A stretch of DNA of 54,837 nucleotides, counting the filler, from Jimgerdemannia flammicorona (lineage: Eukaryota), in assembly GCA_003990765.1 (NCBI GenBank). It is 2 parts of 2 records of this genome, joined end to end, with 100 filler letters (N's around TTAATTAATTAA, not from the genome) between each part and the next. Parts side by side here need not be neighbours in the genome. Positions count along the whole stretch, not along the records: positions 1 to 27,378 come from RBNJ01000634.1; 1 more part is not named here. One strand, 5' to 3'. The notes beneath the pieces are model-generated. The model was not told the DNA's origin, did no database searches, and saw nothing but the letters and a program-made list of their open reading frames with translations. Shown one piece after another: positions 8,960 to 22,671 of the stretch; position 1 is the stretch's first letter, and every line of letters starts with the position of its first letter. The translations under genes and the position numbers were made by a program.

Positions 8960-11300
8960 CACTAAGAATTCAAACATATATATATATAAATTGTATTTAT
9001 ATACAAGCTGTTTCAATATTCAGTCACTAGCTCACCAGCAATAGAAAAAATACATTCAGATGGAACAGATGTCACCAAAATAGCAAGATAATTATGAGCT
9101 ATTCATAAAAGATTAGGATATACTAACTGATTTTGCTACTACTAATCCAGTATATTTATATAAAGATCAGCTGGATTCTCTGATAAATAACTGAAACAGA
9201 GAAATATAAGTGAAAATTAACTAAGTCAACCAAAAAACATAAAAACAACACTCACTATTCAAGCTCATCATCTACATCAACACATTGTTTCTTCTTATAT
9301 ATATATTAAGTTGATAAAATCATTAGCATTATGAGATATTGAGGGTATAATAACAGCATTAACAGGCTTATACTCCTTTTCTCAGATATATTTCATCTGA
9401 TTCTTCCATTTATCAATTAAGAATTTTTTCCATTGCTTATGACAAAAATAATACATATTGATATGTAGATCTAAGGCTGAAGCTATGCTGTATAATGATA
9501 TCATCTTGTAGTAATACTTTAGAAATTTCATATATACATTCTCAGTAGTGGTGAGCATTATCTATAAAAAATAAAAATATACACATATTACTTCCCAATT
9601 ACTTACTAAATTAGTTCCTAAATTTACAAATAAAATTACTTTCAAAATTATATATATATCTAATTAAAATATTCACCAGTTTGATATATATTGATGACAT
9701 CTTCAAGGTGATCACATAGCTGATTAAATAGTGGGATAACAGCTGCTATTATATGATACTTCAAAGCTGACATCATGGTTGTCACTTTGGCAAAAGGCTT
9801 GAGAAATCGGAAAATCAATTCAAATTGTTGCCATATATCTTTAAATATATTGCTCATTTGCTTATCCATGACACACAATATATCCAAGCCCTATTTGGAT
9901 ATAATATTAATTTATTTAGTACCAAAATACTTCCAAATCATATTCTAAAATCTATATAAATAGATTCAAAATCTTATCTTATGAATCTCTAGAGTATATA
10001 CTAACATTTTATATATAGAACTCTATCTCATCATAACATCTAAGAGAGGCTTCAAAATGGGAATTCCAGAATTCGCAGACCTTTGCCAGTTATACTTATC
10101 ATTGCACTGAATTTTTGATCTTCTTTATCAACTCTTATAGCTTTCCAATAGACTTGCTAAGAGAACCAAGAGCATCATGAATGACGAGATTCAATATATA
10201 TCCAAAATAGCATATATGAGTGAGTAGATGATGGAGATTCTCAAACAGAGTATCACTGTTACTGGTATTGTCATATATAACAGCAATGATTTGATTATCA
10301 CTAGGTAATAAATCATCTATTACTAGCTCCAGACTTTTTACAAGATTGGTACCCATGTGTATTATTTCACTGATATTCATAAAGTCTAAGATAATGTCAT
10401 GTATCTTCCAATTACTGTCAATCCAATAGGCTGTTATTTTAAGAAAGGCCTTGATGTTAACATGTGATGTCCAATAATCAAGTATAAGTGACATCTTTAA
10501 CTTGAGCCCTACTAGCCTTACTTTTACTTGAGTCTGCAATAGTTCAAATTTCTTTCAAATAACTCATGAAATCATATCAGCTAATAGAAGGGCCAGATCA
10601 GAGCATAATATGTAAAGGAGATACTTGAAGCTAGTGTTTTTGATAGTGGAGAATGGCTGATATCCAGTGATAATGAAGTTAGCAATTAACCAATAGAAAT
10701 TTTCATCACTTAAAATCTTGCTAGTGTGTTCCTATTTATAATAATAAAATTTGATGAATTATTTTTCTAATAATCTCCTAAGTACTTCCCAAATTCCATT
10801 CTATCTATACTTATAATATCATCTTTCTTAGACCAGCAAGGATTCTCAGCATTCTAGAGAGATAAGAGTATAGCATTGTGATGCTTCCAGAGATGTTGTT
10901 TAAGATTGTTAATATTGCCATCCTTCAATATATAGCTTCAAGTCATGCAATGGTTGCAACTGATGAGCTTACTTTGTAAATTCTATTTGAATAGAGATAT
11001 ATGAGACTATATTAGAACCTCAACTGCTTACAACCGACCACCCACCCTTATGACTGATGAGACCAATCACCCCTATGAATACAACTATTAGTACAATATA
11101 TAAAACTACCTTTGTGGCATAATTCTACATACAGCTATCATCAGATTTTGTTTTTATTTTTATTCTCATACTTATTAGTGATAATGAACTGGTGGAGATA
11201 TCTGATATATCCTCTGATATATCCTCCAATATATCATCCAATGGTTCTGAGATTTCTCCTAAATGTACTTCTTGATCTTTAGACATTTCAAATGTTTGAT
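8960..11300 (-). pseudogene. Multi-exon hAT transposase
   Basis: BED-finger relic (~10870-10960), LDYWTS..FLKITAYWID, CYFGYILNL, FLKPF, and dimerisation motif YPNL..IAHNYLAILVTSVPSECIFSIAG (~9020-9190). Intervening AT-rich introns, e.g. GTGAGT..TTTCAG at ~9256-9191. Confidence 0.88.
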
Positions 11301-11635
11301 GATGGCAGAGACTGAGAGCTTGAGTAGGAGGCTGAGAGCTGGAAAGTGGCTAGGAAGTAGTGAGCTAGGGAGTGGCAAACTGGGAAACAAGCTGGGGGGT
11401 AGTGAACTAGGGGGCAGAGAGTTGGGGGGAGGTGGCAAGCAGTGGGAAAAGCCAGGAACTATGGGGAGTCAGCAAGCTGAGGAGTAGTAATAGAGAGAGC
11501 AGCAAGGTGGTATGTGATAGCCAATGATCGATTATGGACAGAGGATGGATGAATAAATATGCATAGATAGTGAACTGGTACCCATCATGCAACTGCAAAC
11601 AGTAAACATACTTTAGAGATTCAGCATATTCTGTG

Positions 11636-12292
11636 TTGAGCAAAGTTTGCAATAATATTTGAGTGAGGTTTGTAGTGTATTTAAGTGAGATTTGCAGTGA
11701 GGTTCAAGCAAGATTTACAAGTAAGATTAAAGTGAGATTTGCAAGTGAGATTTGTATGTAAGATTAAAGCAAGATTTGCATAAGCCAGGCTTTATAAGTC
11801 TTGTACTTGCAAGCTTAGATAAGCTCAGTTACAAGCTGATATAATGTATATATAAGCTGATATTACATGATATTAGCTGATATCATGTGATATCAGCTAT
11901 TGGCTGAGCTTGCAAGTATAAGGCTTGCAAAGCCTGGCTTATACAAATCTTGCTTGCAAATCTCACTCAAACCTTGCTGCAAATCTCACTGCAAATCTCA
12001 CTCAAACATACCACAAACCTCACTCAAACATCATTACAAACCTTGCTCAATTGGGGCTTATGCAGAACCCACTGAATCATGTAGAGAAGAGTGGAATGCA
12101 GTGAGAAAAGCTCTGGATTGCAAGCATAAGCATAAGTATAAACTTTGCTCTACTCAGTCTGACAAGCTGATAATAAGCTAATATCACATGATATCAGCTA
12201 TTAGCTGAGCAGAGCAAAGTTTGTACTTGTGCTTATACTTACACTTATGCTTGTAATCTAGAGCTTTTCTCACTGCATTCCACTCCTCTTGT
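11636..12292. repeat. Two adjacent long inverted repeats inside the hAT element
   Basis: ~11636-11830 pairs with ~11903-12050; ~12083-12157 pairs with ~12205-12290; both spacers carry TGATATCAGCT-type repeats. Confidence 0.85.
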
Positions 12293-12616
12293 ATTCCACT
12301 CCTCTTGCATTCTGCTTCTCTTGCACAACCCTCATATATTCCTCCACCTCTCTCACTCTCATTCCTCAGATTATAAACAAACATACAATTTAGAAATGGG
12401 TTTCAAAAGAGATTTCAAAGAGATTCTGAAAGAGATTTCAAAGAGATTCAGAAAGAGCTTCTGAAAGAGATTTTGGAGAAATTCTGAAAGAGCTTCTGAA
12501 AGATATTATAGCTTTTGAACATTTAAGATATCAAAAGCTTACTTTTATCTCTTGTTCTTTTCGCCTTGTCCTTTGCTTTGCCTCATCCTTTACTTCACCT
12601 CACTTAATTCACCACT

Positions 12617-13883
12617 ATGTTGAGAAAACATAGATATGACTGCCTGGCCAATAAGTATTTACTTGGCCCCCCTCAAGCTTGCTGCACTTCAGCTCACTGT
12701 CCCAAAGCTCGGCACTCTAAAAATACTCAGCTTGCTGACACCCAACCTGCTGAGCTTGTCAACACCCAGCCTGCCAAGCTTGCTGACACCCAGTCTGCCA
12801 AGCTTGCTGACATCCAGCCTGCCAAGCTTGCCAACACCCAGGTTGCTGAGCTTGCCAACTCCTAGCTCACTGACCCTCAGCTCTCTGATCTCTAGCTTGA
12901 CTGCCAGCTCACTACTGGTCTGCAAGCACAAGGTCCCTCACCAGATCCCAATAATACAGCTTGAAAAAGTTAGTTTTTTTTTTTTTTTTCTTTTTAAATC
13001 AATGTCCGAATTTTTTTCCTAATAACATTTGAAATATACATATCCTCCAGCTTCTAAGCCTGGGCCAGAGTGCAAATCTTGCTACAATTGCCATTTTTGC
13101 CATCAAGTTTGCCCAAATACTACTTGGAAGTATTGCCAAACTAATTTCCTGGATACCCCAAACCTCACAGAGAAAAGGCCTTATAAATCAGACATTAGGT
13201 ATGCTTTTGCTATAGCCAACAAATGCATTAAGAAAGTACATGATGACTAACTGAGGTAAGAAGTCATAAGAGCAATAGAAAACCATGTGAAAATTGTGGA
13301 ATATTTATCATACCATACTAGCTTCAAGGTGAATACCAAAGCATGGAATAAGTGAGATTGTCCAGATAGAATTGTTATCATGGATGAACATGAAAAACTG
13401 CTGGCCATATTTGAACAAGTACTGGTGAAGAATGACAAAATGCTTTATACACAACTGATGGATGGCAGGCTTGTGTATTTTGTTGAGGAGAGTGGTGGTG
13501 GAGGAGATGGAGAGGTGGGAGAGATCAGTGCCAGTGGAGGAGTCGGCACCAGTGGAGAGATTGATGGAGAGGTTGGCATGGGGGAGGTTGGCATGGGGGA
13601 GGTCAGTATAGAGGAACATGGAGAGATCAGTGTGGGGGAGGTTGGTGCAGAGAAACATGGGGAGATTGGTGCAAAGGAACACAGAGAGGTTGGTGCAGAG
13701 GAACATGGAGAGGTTGGTGCAGAGGAGGTCAGTGTAGAGGAGGATATAGAGGAGGAGGATATAGAGGAAAGTGGTTTGGAATATATAAAGGAAGATGGTT
13801 TGGAATATGAGAAGGAGGAGGATCAGTTGGTTTATAGCAATGAAGAGGAGGAGGATCAGTTGATTTATAGTGATAAAGAATAA
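12617..13883 (+). pseudogene. Second, divergently oriented ORF of the hAT element with an acidic C-terminus
   Basis: ORFs 13029-13250 and 13380-13883 share a frame through point stops; candidate intron GTTAGT(12969)..CTCCAG(13050); E/G-rich repeats. Confidence 0.55.
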
Positions 13884-14079
13884 GATCTGTTCATACTGAT
13901 AAGTTCTTTATTTTCCTGATTTACTTCCTATTTATTTCTGATTTTATTTTGATTTCTGATTTCTAATTATATTTCTGTTTGTTTATTCTAAATATATATC
14001 TTAGATGTGCAATATATTTTTTTTTGGTGTCTTGTAGCTTAAAGACAGATTAAAGACAGGTCTGTGTTAAGTTAAATAT

Positions 14080-14425
14080 GGGTCAGAGTCAGGTCACATA
14101 TATTTCTTGGATTGGGTCATATATATTTCTTAAGTCAGGTCATATATATTTCTCAGGTCAGGTCATGTATATTTCTCAGATTGGGTTAAAGACAGATTAC
14201 ATATAATTCCAGATCAGATTAAAGATGGGTAACATACGTTTCCAGGTTGGGTTAAAGATGGGTGATATATAATTCTGGGTCAGGTTAAAGACAGGTAATG
14301 TATTATTCTAGGTCAGGTTAAAGATAGGTGACATATAATTCCAGGTTAGGTTAAAGACAGGTGATATATAATTTTGGGTCAGATTAAAGATAGGTGATAT
14401 ATAATTCTAAGTTAGGTTAAATATA
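14080..14425. repeat. hAT subterminal tandem array (right, inverted relative to left)
   Basis: Unit ~TTAAAGATGGGTGATATATAATTCTGGGTCAGG. Confidence 0.85.
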
Positions 14426-14699
14426 TACATGGGTTGGCTTGGGTTGTAATGTACTAGCTAAAAGTGATTCTGACATCATTCACTACTGGAGAATTTCCTC
14501 TAAGAAATATTCTTAAATATCTATACCTCATTTTCCACCAGTAGTATAGGGAGAATAGACTTGCTTTCAGTTTTGTTAATTTTCTGAGGGTCAGTATTCT
14601 TTTATCTTGACTTGCTAAGTTCTTGATTTTGTTCATAATAATTATAATGTTCAGGAGGGTAATATATAGTATATACTGATAGGTGTCAGGTATTCAGTT

Positions 14700-17600
14700 T
14701 TAGTTGTTCAAAGAATCATATTCCTGAACTAAGTCAGTGGTATTCTGGAGATTGGTCTTGGGTTCCCAGGTTGCATCATGGATCAGATAATCTTTCTATT
14801 TGACAAGGTATTCAGGATGGTTCTTGTGGCCATATTTGTTGAGAATTTGTTCAACTTCATATTCTTCTTAGTTATTAATAATAATAGATACAGGTGGTTC
14901 TGTGGTTTATTTGGGAATAGCTCATCATCATTTTCATTGTATCACTTGAGATATTAGATATTAAAGACTGGGTGAATCTTAATGATATCTGGTAGTACTA
15001 ATTTGTAGGAAGTAGGAGAGACTTATACAATGATTTCAAATGGTCCAATGAACTTACTGTTTAGCTTTGTAGATAGTCTGTGCTTGAGGTTGTCAACTTG
15101 GTATCCTTAGATGTCTAGTAGAACTTTTTCTCTGATATTGAAAGTTTCTTCTCAGTAGTATTGGTTAACATACTATGACTATTGTTCTTGAGCTTGTGAT
15201 AAATTCTTAATTGCAATCTGGCTTAGATTGTATATTCAGAGCAGGAATTCTTCAACAGCTTCAACTGTGAAAGATTTATCAGTAGTTTGGATAAGTGTCA
15301 GAGGGGTGTTTGGGTTTTGTCCTATATTGGCAAAGAATGGAGTCATTCCAAGAGAGGCTTGTTTGCTATTGTTGTAAGCAAACTTAACTATAATGAGATG
15401 TTCATATCAATTATCTTGTCTGTAGGAAACATAGTTCCTTAGTATTTGTTCCAGAGTTTGGTTCATTCTTTCAGTTTGGTCATCAGTTTCAAGATGAAAG
15501 GCTGTAAATAGTACAAGTTTTATTCCAAGATATGCATAGAGGGCTTTCCAAAAATGACTGGTAAATTTTGGGTCCTAGTTACTAACAATGATCTTAAAAA
15601 GACTATGATAGTAGAAGATATTGTCAAACAAGAGAGTGGCTATATCTGGTGCTGTTGCAGTAGTAGTAGTTAGTACAAAGTAGGCTTATTTGCTAAGGTA
15701 GTACATAAAGATAATAATTATATCTTTCTCATTCTTAGTTTAGAGTAGTTATATAATGAAGTCTATAGAGATTTGTTCCCAATTAGTAGATGGTACTGAG
15801 ATGGGGTGGAGTAGATTAGGTTTTGCTAGTATTGAGGACTTATTGTGTTGACAGGCATTATAGGAAGTGATATAGGTCTTTAGCTGATCTGCCATATAGG
15901 GCCAATAGAAGTTTCAGGAAATAACTTCATAGTACTTGTCAAATCCTAAATGTCCAGCTGTAGGGGCATCATAACATTCAAATAGGATAGTCCTTCAGAG
16001 GTCTCAGTTGTTTGGAACATACAATCTGTCCTTGTAGTAGATTGTATTATTCTTTAGTTAGTATTGATGGTACTGGGTGTGCTTATTAGCATCATTACTA
16101 CTTAGGATTTCTTAGAGTGCTTAAGCTTCCTTATCATCAGTGTATGCTGTAATAATTTGTTCCATAATAGAGTTTGTAATCAGGGTGAGAGTTTGGATAA
16201 CTTCTTTGATTGATAGTCTGAAAATTGTATCAGCAATAATATTTTCCTTGTCAGGGCAATACTGGATTTCATAGTCAAAGTTGGTGAGGACTTTTATCCA
16301 TCTGGCTTGCTTTTGAGAAAGAGTAGCCTGGGTCTTAATGTTGACTAATGACTTGTAGTCAGTCAATATAGTGAAGTGTGCTTCTTTTAGATATAATTGC
16401 TATTTAATCAGAGTATTTACAATGGCTAGTATTTCCTTCTCATGGATTGCATAGTTGATTTCTGCATCATTGAACTTGTGAGAATGATAGGCCATGAGAT
16501 ATCCTTCTTACATAAGTACTGCTCCAAGAGCTAGATCAGAGGCATCAGTGGTAACTTTATATAGTAGGGGAGGATTTGTCACTTAAAGTACTGGAGTAGT
16601 TATTAAGGTATCTTTTAGCACTTAAAAGGCTGTATCTTGTTTAGATCTCTAATTTATAAGATTGTTAAAGTCTTTCTCTTATTTTATAGTCCAGGGCTGT
16701 TCTTCTTTCTTATTATGCTTAGTTATTTAGGTAAGAGCAGTAGCAATCTTGATAAAGTTTGCAATAAATCATCAGTAATAGTTTGCTAGTCCTAGGAATG
16801 ACTGGAGATCTTTCAGCTTCTTGGGTCTGAGCCAATCTTTGATTGTGGAGATTTTGCTGGGGTCTACTTTGATTCTATTCAGCATAATAATATGTCCAAG
16901 GAATTGAATTTCGTTCAGGAAAAATTCACATTTGCTAAGTTTTACAAAGAGTTGGTTTTCTCAGAGTTTCAGTAGTACTAGTTTAAGATGTTCAAGATAT
17001 TCCTCCAGGGTTTTGCTGAAGACTAGAATGTCATCAATATAAACAATAACAAATTTGTTCTGATATAGATACAAGATAGTATTCATTAGGGTCTGGAAGA
17101 TTGCTAGAGCATTAGTTAAGCCAAAGGGTATAACTAGAAACTCAAAGTGTCCATAGTAAGTTCAGAAGGCTATCTTGTAGATATCTTCTTCTTTCATGGC
17201 AATTTGCCAGTAACTATTTCACAGGTCAAAAGAGCTCATGAATTGTGGGTTAGTAAGTCTATCAAATATTTCATCAATTCTGAGTAGTGGGCAATAGTTC
17301 TTGATGATCTGTTCATTGAGGTCATGGTAATTAATACACATTTGTAGGTCTTCTTCTTTTTCACAACAAAGAGGACTGGTGCACCATAGGGTGATACACT
17401 AGATCTGATAAATTCTTATTCTAGGAGTTCATCAATTTCTTTCTTAAGTGCATCAATTTCTCTTGGAGATATGTGGTAGATTGACTTGAAGGCTGGCTTG
17501 ACATCTGGGATAGTCTTGATGGTATAGTCTACTGCTCATTTAAGAGGTAGGTCTTTCAGGAGTTTCTTCAGGAATATGTCTTGGAATTTCTGAAGTAGGG

Positions 17601-20600
17601 GTCTAATATGGCTGTTAACTTTGGAAAAATCTTCTTCAGAGTTCTCGGGTTCTTCTTTGGATGGGCAGATAGAGATGGCAAAGAGAGGGCATTTCTTGGC
17701 CAATTTCTTGAGCTATAGCTTATTAATGTGGGTGATCTTTGATCTAGAGGTCACTGGAACTGAGTGGGTCCTTTTTACCTTGCAGTTTGAAGTTGTGGCA
17801 TCCTTTCTTGATGGTCAGAGAATGGTTTACCCAATCAATCATAAGGTTCTCTTGTTTTAACCATAGGGTTCCAAGGATGATTTTATTGTCAGAAAGTAGT
17901 ACAATCTAAAGAGTAATACATATATACTTAGTAGTCACTAATTCAGAAGGGCAGATTGCAGACTTCCTTACTAATAATATGAGAGATTTTATCAGCTGTG
18001 GTAACTGCTTGAGTTTGTTATACTGGAGATATCAGAATCTTGAGTCTGTTGGCTGTTTCTTCATTGATAAAGTTGCCTGAGGCACTACTATCTATCATAA
18101 TCTTAACAGGTACTCAGTTGACAAAAGCTTGAAGTATAAGCAGTTTGTCTGATCCAATGGTGATGATTTTGGTTGTAAGAGCTTTTCTTCTATTGATTCT
18201 TCTTTGAGCTAGTTCATTGATATAAGAGAAGCAATCATTGATCATTCAGGAAGAGTACATTTCAATACTATGGGGGTATCAGCTACTTGGTATATATCTG
18301 TTCTCAATTTTCTTATAGAATTATTCTTCTTTATTTATGGTAGGTTGGGCTGGGGCCTTGTTTGATGAGCCAAATCCTTTGGATCCTTAGATAGTGGGTA
18401 GTAGTTCAGAGACTTCCTTGACTGTTAGAGTTGATTCAATTTTCTCAAATAGAATCTATATGATACAGAAACCAATGGGGATCTTGAAGAATATACAATT
18501 ATGGTTTCAGATGAGGACCTATGTAATCTTCATCAATGACTCCTTCTTCTATTGAGAGTTCTTTCAATGCTAGGCTGTTGTGACAGCATATTCTTCCAAC
18601 ATGTTCTTCAGAGATTTGGATGCTGATTCCTGTATAGACTTACTTGACTTCTTGGTTGGAAACTGTAGCTTCTTTGGCTACATACAGGTCATATCTAGCT
18701 GCCTTTTGACTTTCTTTGATTAGGGTCTTGGCAGTTTACCTTAACTTGACAAAGTTCAATATCTTAGTAATTAGATTGTTGAGGTAGTGCAGAGTAGTAA
18801 CAGTTGCTCATATTGCTGTTTGGGATTTTTAGTTGGGCAGGCACTGGCTATATGTCCTGTCTTTCAGCAATAGAAGTATGCTCTACTTCTTCGAAGTTCA
18901 TTCCTTTCTTCTTCAGTGAGTTTTTTGAAGGTACTTGGCTGGGTGGGTTCATGATTTTGGAGTATCCAAGAGGTGGATGTGGAAGGAGCTTGGGATACTT
19001 TATACTTGGGTTCTTCTTTCTTAGTCTAAGTCTTTTCCTTATTGTTGAATTATCTTCAGGGCAGAATTAGTCCAGCTATCAGAATTCACTTAACTATAGT
19101 CTTGATTCTTACCAGGTACTATTGTTGGTGATCACAACCAACTAGATATCCTTGTTCTTGGATTTTTCTTATAAGCCATTCAGGTAGTACATCAAATAGA
19201 TAGTCTGCTCTTATACCATTTTGCATTTCATCATTGGCAATCTATCCTAGGCCAATGGTATTCAGGAGTGACTTAAGTTTTATACAGAAGGTTTTGAATT
19301 CTTTCTTATCATATATATCAAATTTGAGATTATAGATTTTGACTCGAGATTTGGCAATTATAGTTTCACTATAGTATTGAGCAATTATGAGTTGTTTGAG
19401 TCCAGGAGCTGTATTGTTTGCTATATTCTAAGCAATTACTATAGGTCAGATATTCTATATAAGGGGTTTTTTAGGAAGAGTTTACCATCATTCTTCAGTG
19501 AGTCCTCAGAAGAATGTAACAACTTGATAGATATAGGCTATAGTAGTAGCAAAGAGTTGTTCCAGAGTGTGATCTTGATTGTTTGTTAGGAGGTGGTCAG
19601 CAACTCACTCATTGGTCTATTAATTGGCTTCAAAGTAAGTATCAACTATACTAATGAAGTTTTGGACTTCTTATACAGTACTATTGAAGATAGATAGGCT
19701 CAGATTTTTGGTAGATCAGATCTGTTCAGCTAAGGTAGTAATGGTTACTACTATTATTACTATCTGGACTGTAAGGTCTAGAATCTGTTAGTTTGTCATA
19801 TTGTTTGCTAGAGGCAGTTGGACTGCTAGTAGTGGTGTTACTGATACATACTACTTGAGATACTAGTACAGAATGTGAGAGTGTTCTTTAAGTCTGTGTA
19901 AGTTACTAGAGTAGTAGTTGTGGGTCTAGAGTAAGGGCTTGATAAATAGCTATTTGTTACTGTGTAGGTGTATTCTATCCTGATGGAGGTGTGTCTCCTT
20001 CAGTAGTATATCTGAGATCAGATTCACTGAGATACTCCTTCTTCTCTTTAACTTGGTCTTCATGTAGTTGGGTTTGCTCAGCATCGAAGTAGATAGAATC
20101 AGTTATATATCTGATTTCAGATGGACTTAATTCAAAGTTAAGTTCTGGTTTAGCATTGGTTTCAGGTTCAGGTAGAGCTATAGCAAGACCTGCTTCTAGT
20201 TTGGAGTTAGGTTGTTGACAAAGAGTTTCTTTTGCTTCTTCTTTAAGAATATAGTGGGCCTTGCTATTCTGGAATCAGTAGTATAATGCAGTCTTGGTCC
20301 TGGTATGGTGAAAGTCAGTAGAGTTGAGCCACTTGGCTACAGAGACTTAGACTTCATGAGGAACTAAGGCTAGAAAGACTGCTGCTGGTTGTCCTAGGTC
20401 ACTCGGATTTATGGAGCTGACAAAACTCTTGTTGAGAAGAGTAAAGAAGACTTCTATAAGACCTTTTTCATCTTGACTTGTGGGGTGTAGAGTAAGGAGT
20501 TCAGTGTATAGAGTTTCACCTATCTATCAATTTAATTAGAGTACTTCTTTCTTTGAATAAAGTTTGTCTCACTTGTTGCAGGTATGGAGATCAAATTGTC

Positions 20601-20700
20601 CTTATATATCAGATTCAATTCTCTCCAGATTGTCAGATGGTTTGGGATAAATTCCAGTTAGAGGTTGGGCTTTATACCAACTTATAAGAATTCTCAGAGG
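14700..20700 (-). pseudogene. gag-pol of element A (gag, dUTPase, protease, RT, RNase H, integrase, chromodomain)
   Basis: Minus-strand motifs: CFYC..TGHIASAC (~18840-18885), [10 protein letters not shown] (~17020-17050), TTDASD (~16540), FHLETDDQTERMN (~15470-15500), YEVEQIL..YLVK..ATWEP (~14760-14865). Confidence 0.9.
18365..18750 (-). pseudogene. dUTPase domain of element A (between gag and protease)
   Basis: AARYDLY, TGISIQ, GVIDEDY and GSKGFGSS motifs. Confidence 0.85.
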
Positions 20701-20764
20701 TATTTGTAGTGGAGTGAGAAAGCATCTTGAAGTAGAATTGGATTTTAAACTACTGCTACCAAGT

Positions 20765-22671
20765 TATAAGAGGATTATTTGTTAGAGTAACTGTTACATA
20801 GTTCTAGAAGGGTTTTTTGGAAGTTCTGAAAGACTATTTTCTTAAGATCAAGATCAATTTCATATGGAGTATGTCCTCTATGCTTATTGATTTCAAGATT
20901 GGGTTGATATCTCAACCAAAGTTCTTATTTGGACTATTTTTGGATGTTCAGGATTTTCTATATTTCAGAAAGCTCAAGAAACTAAGATCAGCTTAGTTGA
21001 ATTGGCATATCACTGTAGACAATACCCAATTAGGAAATTTTGTAATGGAGTTAGGAGTAGGACCTAATGGGGAGCAGATTTACTTAAAAGTAATTTGTGG
21101 GTTATTAAATAGATTTATTTGCTATTCATGATATTATTATACTAAGAGTAGTTATGTGAAGAGGTATTGTGGAAAAGTGTTCAGAAATGTTCTTGTATAT
21201 TTGAGTCTACCATTCTGAAGTCTGGGGGAGGGAGTATTTATACTAGTGAGGGACTATCTAGACTATACTATAACTGCTAAGCTATCTATAGATTTAGATG
21301 CTATCTAGATAGTTTTCAATAATATCACTATCAATAAAGTAGTCATCTAGAAAGAGTTGTTTGCAGATTAATTCTCCTTATTTGCTGAGGTAATAATATA
21401 TTGAGACTTTGTCACTATTCCATAGAATAGCATCATCTGTCTCATATATTGGATAAGATGTTGGTGGGCAAAGGAGGAGTACATCATCTTCACTTTCATT
21501 AGATTTGCTGTCTGTGTATCTTCTATAAGTTATAGCACTATAAGTTGCTAGGTTGTAGTAAGCTGGTGGCTGTAGTTCATATTGCTTATACTCAGGTGGC
21601 AGAGTTGTTGGTTCAATCTCAAGGATTGTCTGGAGGTATAGGTTGTGTTCTCCAGTTTCTTCATTGTAGTTAAAGTAATCAGAAGTAAATGTGGGTTGGT
21701 ACTTGTACTAGTAGTCATTGTCCCAATAAGTCTTATATATAGTTATGAACTATTGTAAGTTCATTGATAAGATTGATGGAGTGATCAGAGTTGGTAGAGA
21801 TCCTTGACTAGAGGTCATATCAGTATCAGAGGAATCATTGTCTTCTGCTTCATCTTCATCAAATCAGATTATATCATAGACATTCTTCATAGTATATCTG
21901 ACTTGAGATATTTGCAGGATATGGTCATTGGGGTGCAGAAAGGTTCTGTCTATAGTCTGAACATACTCAAGGTACTTATGGTTAAGTTCTTATATCATGT
22001 CATCTATTTGGCCATAGAATAGAGTAGTAATCATTTCAGTAGTAGTAACTCAGAGATAGGAAATAATAGTGCTATACTTGTAGAAGAGTTCTTGATGTTT
22101 GTGAGCAACGAGTTTCTGATATTGAGATATCTGAGTAATATCTGTATTATAGTAGTGTTTGACCATATCTTTTAGGAGGCAGCCAATCTGGTAGTAGCTT
22201 GAGATTTGTCTGATTTTGTAGGCCTTACTAAGTATGTTCAGGGTATTCCATCAGGCTTCTATGAAGTAGAGAAGTGCTAAGCTATGAATATTCATAAGGA
22301 GCAGAGAGAGTGTGGCTTAGTTGGCAATGGCATTTCAAATATCAGCACAGATATAGTTATAGATCTCAGTGGTCATGTTTGTATATGTTCAGAAGTTAGG
22401 GTTGTTTGTTTGGTTTGTTTTGGTTCTCTATTTCAATATATCTCAGTGCTCAGTATATATGCATTTGGTCCTGATTAGTAAGATTCTGTTTGTATGAATC
22501 TTATATTCTGTAACTTTGAGTTGACTCAGCTTTAAGCACTGTGACTTCAGTTTAACTCAGCTTCATAATCTTGTAGGTGATTTCCAGATTTGTTCAGGAG
22601 TCATATATAATTTCAGTGGCTTATTCTAAGAGTGATGTGTGATTCAGTAGCTTGGAGGTTGTACACTTATA
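20765..22671 (-). repeat. 5' LTR of element A
   Basis: Colinear with 6277-8320 apart from a ~137-bp indel; followed by the PBS. Confidence 0.9.
21294..22376 (-). pseudogene. Second copy of the family A LTR-encoded ORF
   Basis: Same start, stop and 1083-nt length as 6944-8026. Confidence 0.75.

Larger units (their letters stand above)
8514..14456 (-). mobile_element. hAT DNA transposon inserted in the 3' UTR of element A
   Basis: TAGTGC...GTACTA termini, degenerate 8-bp TSD ACCAGAAG/GCTAAAAG, mutually inverted 33-bp subterminal arrays, transposase relic. Confidence 0.9.
6277..22671 (-). mobile_element. Full-length degenerate Ty3/Gypsy chromovirus (element A) with ~2-kb LTRs
   Basis: LTR pair 6277-8320 and 20765-22671, TSD AGTAA/AGCAA, PBS TGGTAGCAG (minus strand, ~20753-20761), PPT at ~8321-8332, gag-dUTPase-PR-RT-RH-INT-chromo order. 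Confidence 0.92.
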
